A stretch of DNA of 64,000 bases from the NCBI RefSeq assembly GCF_009914755.1, contig NC_060940.1, one strand, 5' to 3'. This document shows positions 60,835 to 64,000 of this stretch, piece by piece. Below the pieces are notes generated by a model. It made no database searches, was not told the origin of the DNA, and saw only the letters and a list, made by a program, of their open reading frames with translations. Origin of the DNA: the human T2T-CHM13v2.0 reference genome, Homo sapiens. Both the position numbers and the translations under genes were made by a program. Position 1 is the stretch's first letter. Every line of letters begins with the position of its first letter.

Positions 60835-62552
60835 TAGATGCAGAGTTCCTCAAATATGCTAAACAATTTTCTGGATTCTTTATCAGAGATATTAAATCAT
60901 CCAAGTCAAATTATAACTTTAAAAAATACTTTCCTGTCCGTATTAGTTTTTAGTAGTGAGAGTTTTTTTTTTTCTTCTAGTTTTGAATGTTGTTTCTTCT
61001 CAGGAACAGCTGACCTGACAATGGGGCCTTTCTCTCGACTTGTCATTTAGTTCTTTGGGAAGCAGTTTCTCAGTTGTGGTTAGGCCAACTGAAGCTGTGG
61101 AGTTTGTGAGGCTTTGTTTTTTTCTTCTTTGCTGTAAGTTTTTAATTTTATTTTTGGACTTTCTACTTGTTTTCTAATGCGCAATGTGTAAACAGTATCA
61201 TTTTTTACTCACAAAGCTTCTCAGGGCTTATTCTCTACTTGGCTCTTGCTCCTGATTATTTGGGGTTTATCTCACTCCTATCTACCTGGAGAAATCTACT
61301 CATATGTTGCTTTTGGAGCCAGGAAGAACCAGGGCTGAAGCCCAGTATTTATGATAACAGTTGATTCTCAGTTAATTGGGTATTTTAGAGTCTACTATGT
61401 TCCAGGTACTGTGTAAGGTTCCAGGGGAGATATTGGAGGTGGATGAATCTTGGTTCTTGCCTTTTGGGAATTCGGAGTACAGAATAGCTCTTTAGGCCAT
61501 TCTGCCACTAAGCATTTTCCAAATTTTAGCTCATTGCCTATGAACTTCAAGGTTTTGGTCACAATCATGTACTTCTGCCTAAATAAAGTAACTTTTAATC
61601 TTTCCCTGAATTGAATTTATTTTAAAAGGAGATTTTACATCACTATCTTAAATGGGAATCCAGTATCACTAGGTATAATTAGAAGGGCTTTAGAAATATA
61701 AATATAGAGAAACCAAAACAGTACTAAGGGCCTGCTACTTTTGTTTGCCGGAGATCCTGAGTCTGAGTCCTATTCTGTGTTTGTTAAAAGAGGAGATTAG
61801 TAACAGAGAGGTGTTAACTGTATAGTGGTACCAGTCTGAGACTTTCTCCTTAATGTCTGCAGGAGGATTGGGAGATCATTATGTAGGGACTCTTTCAAAT
61901 AGTGTGATTTAATGGCACTTAATGCGATGTCCCTTTACCTCTTAAATTCTTCTCATGGGGAGATTCCTGCATTTCTTGAACACTGATCTAAGTATGCCCT
62001 TCATCTCTTGCCTTCCATGTGAACATTGCTTTGCAGTTTACACATCAGTTTCACACAAGCAGCCCCAATCTCCTGTCAGCTTTGTGAGGGAGATGGCAGA
62101 GATTGTTCTTTTTTTAAGTGATCTTCCTAAAGTCACTTAGTTATGAGGTAGAACAGGGACCAGAATGGGTGGCAGGCATCTTATGCAGTGCTTTTCCTAC
62201 TCTAAATGGGGCTATTTCAACCTGATCCCAATATACTGAAATCTCTATGTGGGAATGTTTTCAGTGTTAAGGTTCTCTCTTCCCCACTGTCTCTCCTGCC
62301 TGATCTCAGGAAGTAAGTTTATTTTTTAAAGTCCCTACCCCATCATTGAGTGTCATTTGTAGGTAAACATTGTTTCATTTTTTTTTGTACCACGCAAATA
62401 CAGATATTTGGCCTGAGTCTTAATAGATGTTAGTATCAGCCAGTAAATCACTTTCCTTTGGATACTTTGTTCAGAAGTTTCTATTAGCAATGTATATCTT
62501 TCAAAGAAATAAGAGCCAGAATGTTATCTTTTAAAATAGCTTTTACTTTTTA

Positions 62553-62881
<329 letters not shown>

Positions 62882-63450
62882 TCAGCTATATTCCATATAT
62901 TTAATAACATCTTGTGTGTTCTTTTCTGATTAAAAAAGCAATATGTGCTTATTTGAGAGAAAAGAAACTCTGGAAAAAAGAGTCTGAAATGAAGAAAGAA
63001 TATAAAAATCAGGTTAATGCCTGATTTAATATATTTCTTTTCAGTCTTTTTCTGTATATGTATGTCTGGAATTATAGTAGTAATATGAATAAAACCAGAT
63101 TTACTGGGAATTAATGACAAACATTCTTTTAATCTTCTCAGCAATCCTGAGAAACAAATATTAGCTATATTGCAAAAGAGGAAATTGAGGTTAAATTTAT
63201 GTAGTTACTTAACCGTGGCTGCACAGCTAGTAAGAAGCATGGATTGTATCTTGTCATCTTACCCCACTCGGGGTCTGACATCCCATGTCAGGCCAGCCCT
63301 CCTTCTCCCATAGGGATGCCCTCCTCACCCTACTCAGCGCTGAATGCTGCTCAGGGTTCCTGTGCCTTCTTCTTCCCACCTGGCATGATGCCTCCGCCTC
63401 ACCTAATGGCTTTAAGACTAAATTGTTCAGGAAGGGAAGAAAAGAAGTTA

Positions 63451-63819
<369 letters not shown>

Positions 63820-64000
63820 GCGCTGTATTTTAATGAAAATATTAAATAATGACATTATTCATTGGATTTTGGTGTTATAATGAGTATACACTGTAAAATA
63901 TACATTGGGTCCCTTGAGCTATTGTACATGATAAACAGAAGAAGTTAGCATTATTTTATAGGAGCTGATATCCAAGACATAATATAAAATCTACTCTTCA

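Overview
Human genomic DNA, supported by a human-specific AluYb8 and exons matching the human FTO protein as I recall it. The window lies inside FTO (chr16q12.2, + strand) and runs from the 3' part of intron 1, the obesity/T2D GWAS block, through coding exons 2 (25903-25980), 3 (41608-42235) and 4 (60211-60354) into intron 4. The exons encode FTO residues 16-298 plus one base, including the Fe(II)-binding H231-x-D233 motif. The rest is intronic: about 37 Alu elements or fragments, L1/HAL1/L2/L3/MIR relics, MaLR LTRs, DNA transposon fossils and several repeat-free islands that may be enhancers. Nearly all listed ORFs are repeat-derived noise. I found no CRISPR array, operon or new protein-coding system. 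The best leads are: a very young, probably polymorphic AluYb8 in intron 3 that forms an inverted Alu pair around the in-frame-skippable exon 4; a stop-free, in-frame cryptic exon candidate 1.1 kb upstream of exon 2; an antisense Alu in the classic exonisation configuration; PBX/HOX/MEIS motif clusters in the GWAS intron; and several unexplained local duplications or insertions. SNP identities, reference intron sizes and repeat subfamily names come from memory and by-eye reading, and need database confirmation.
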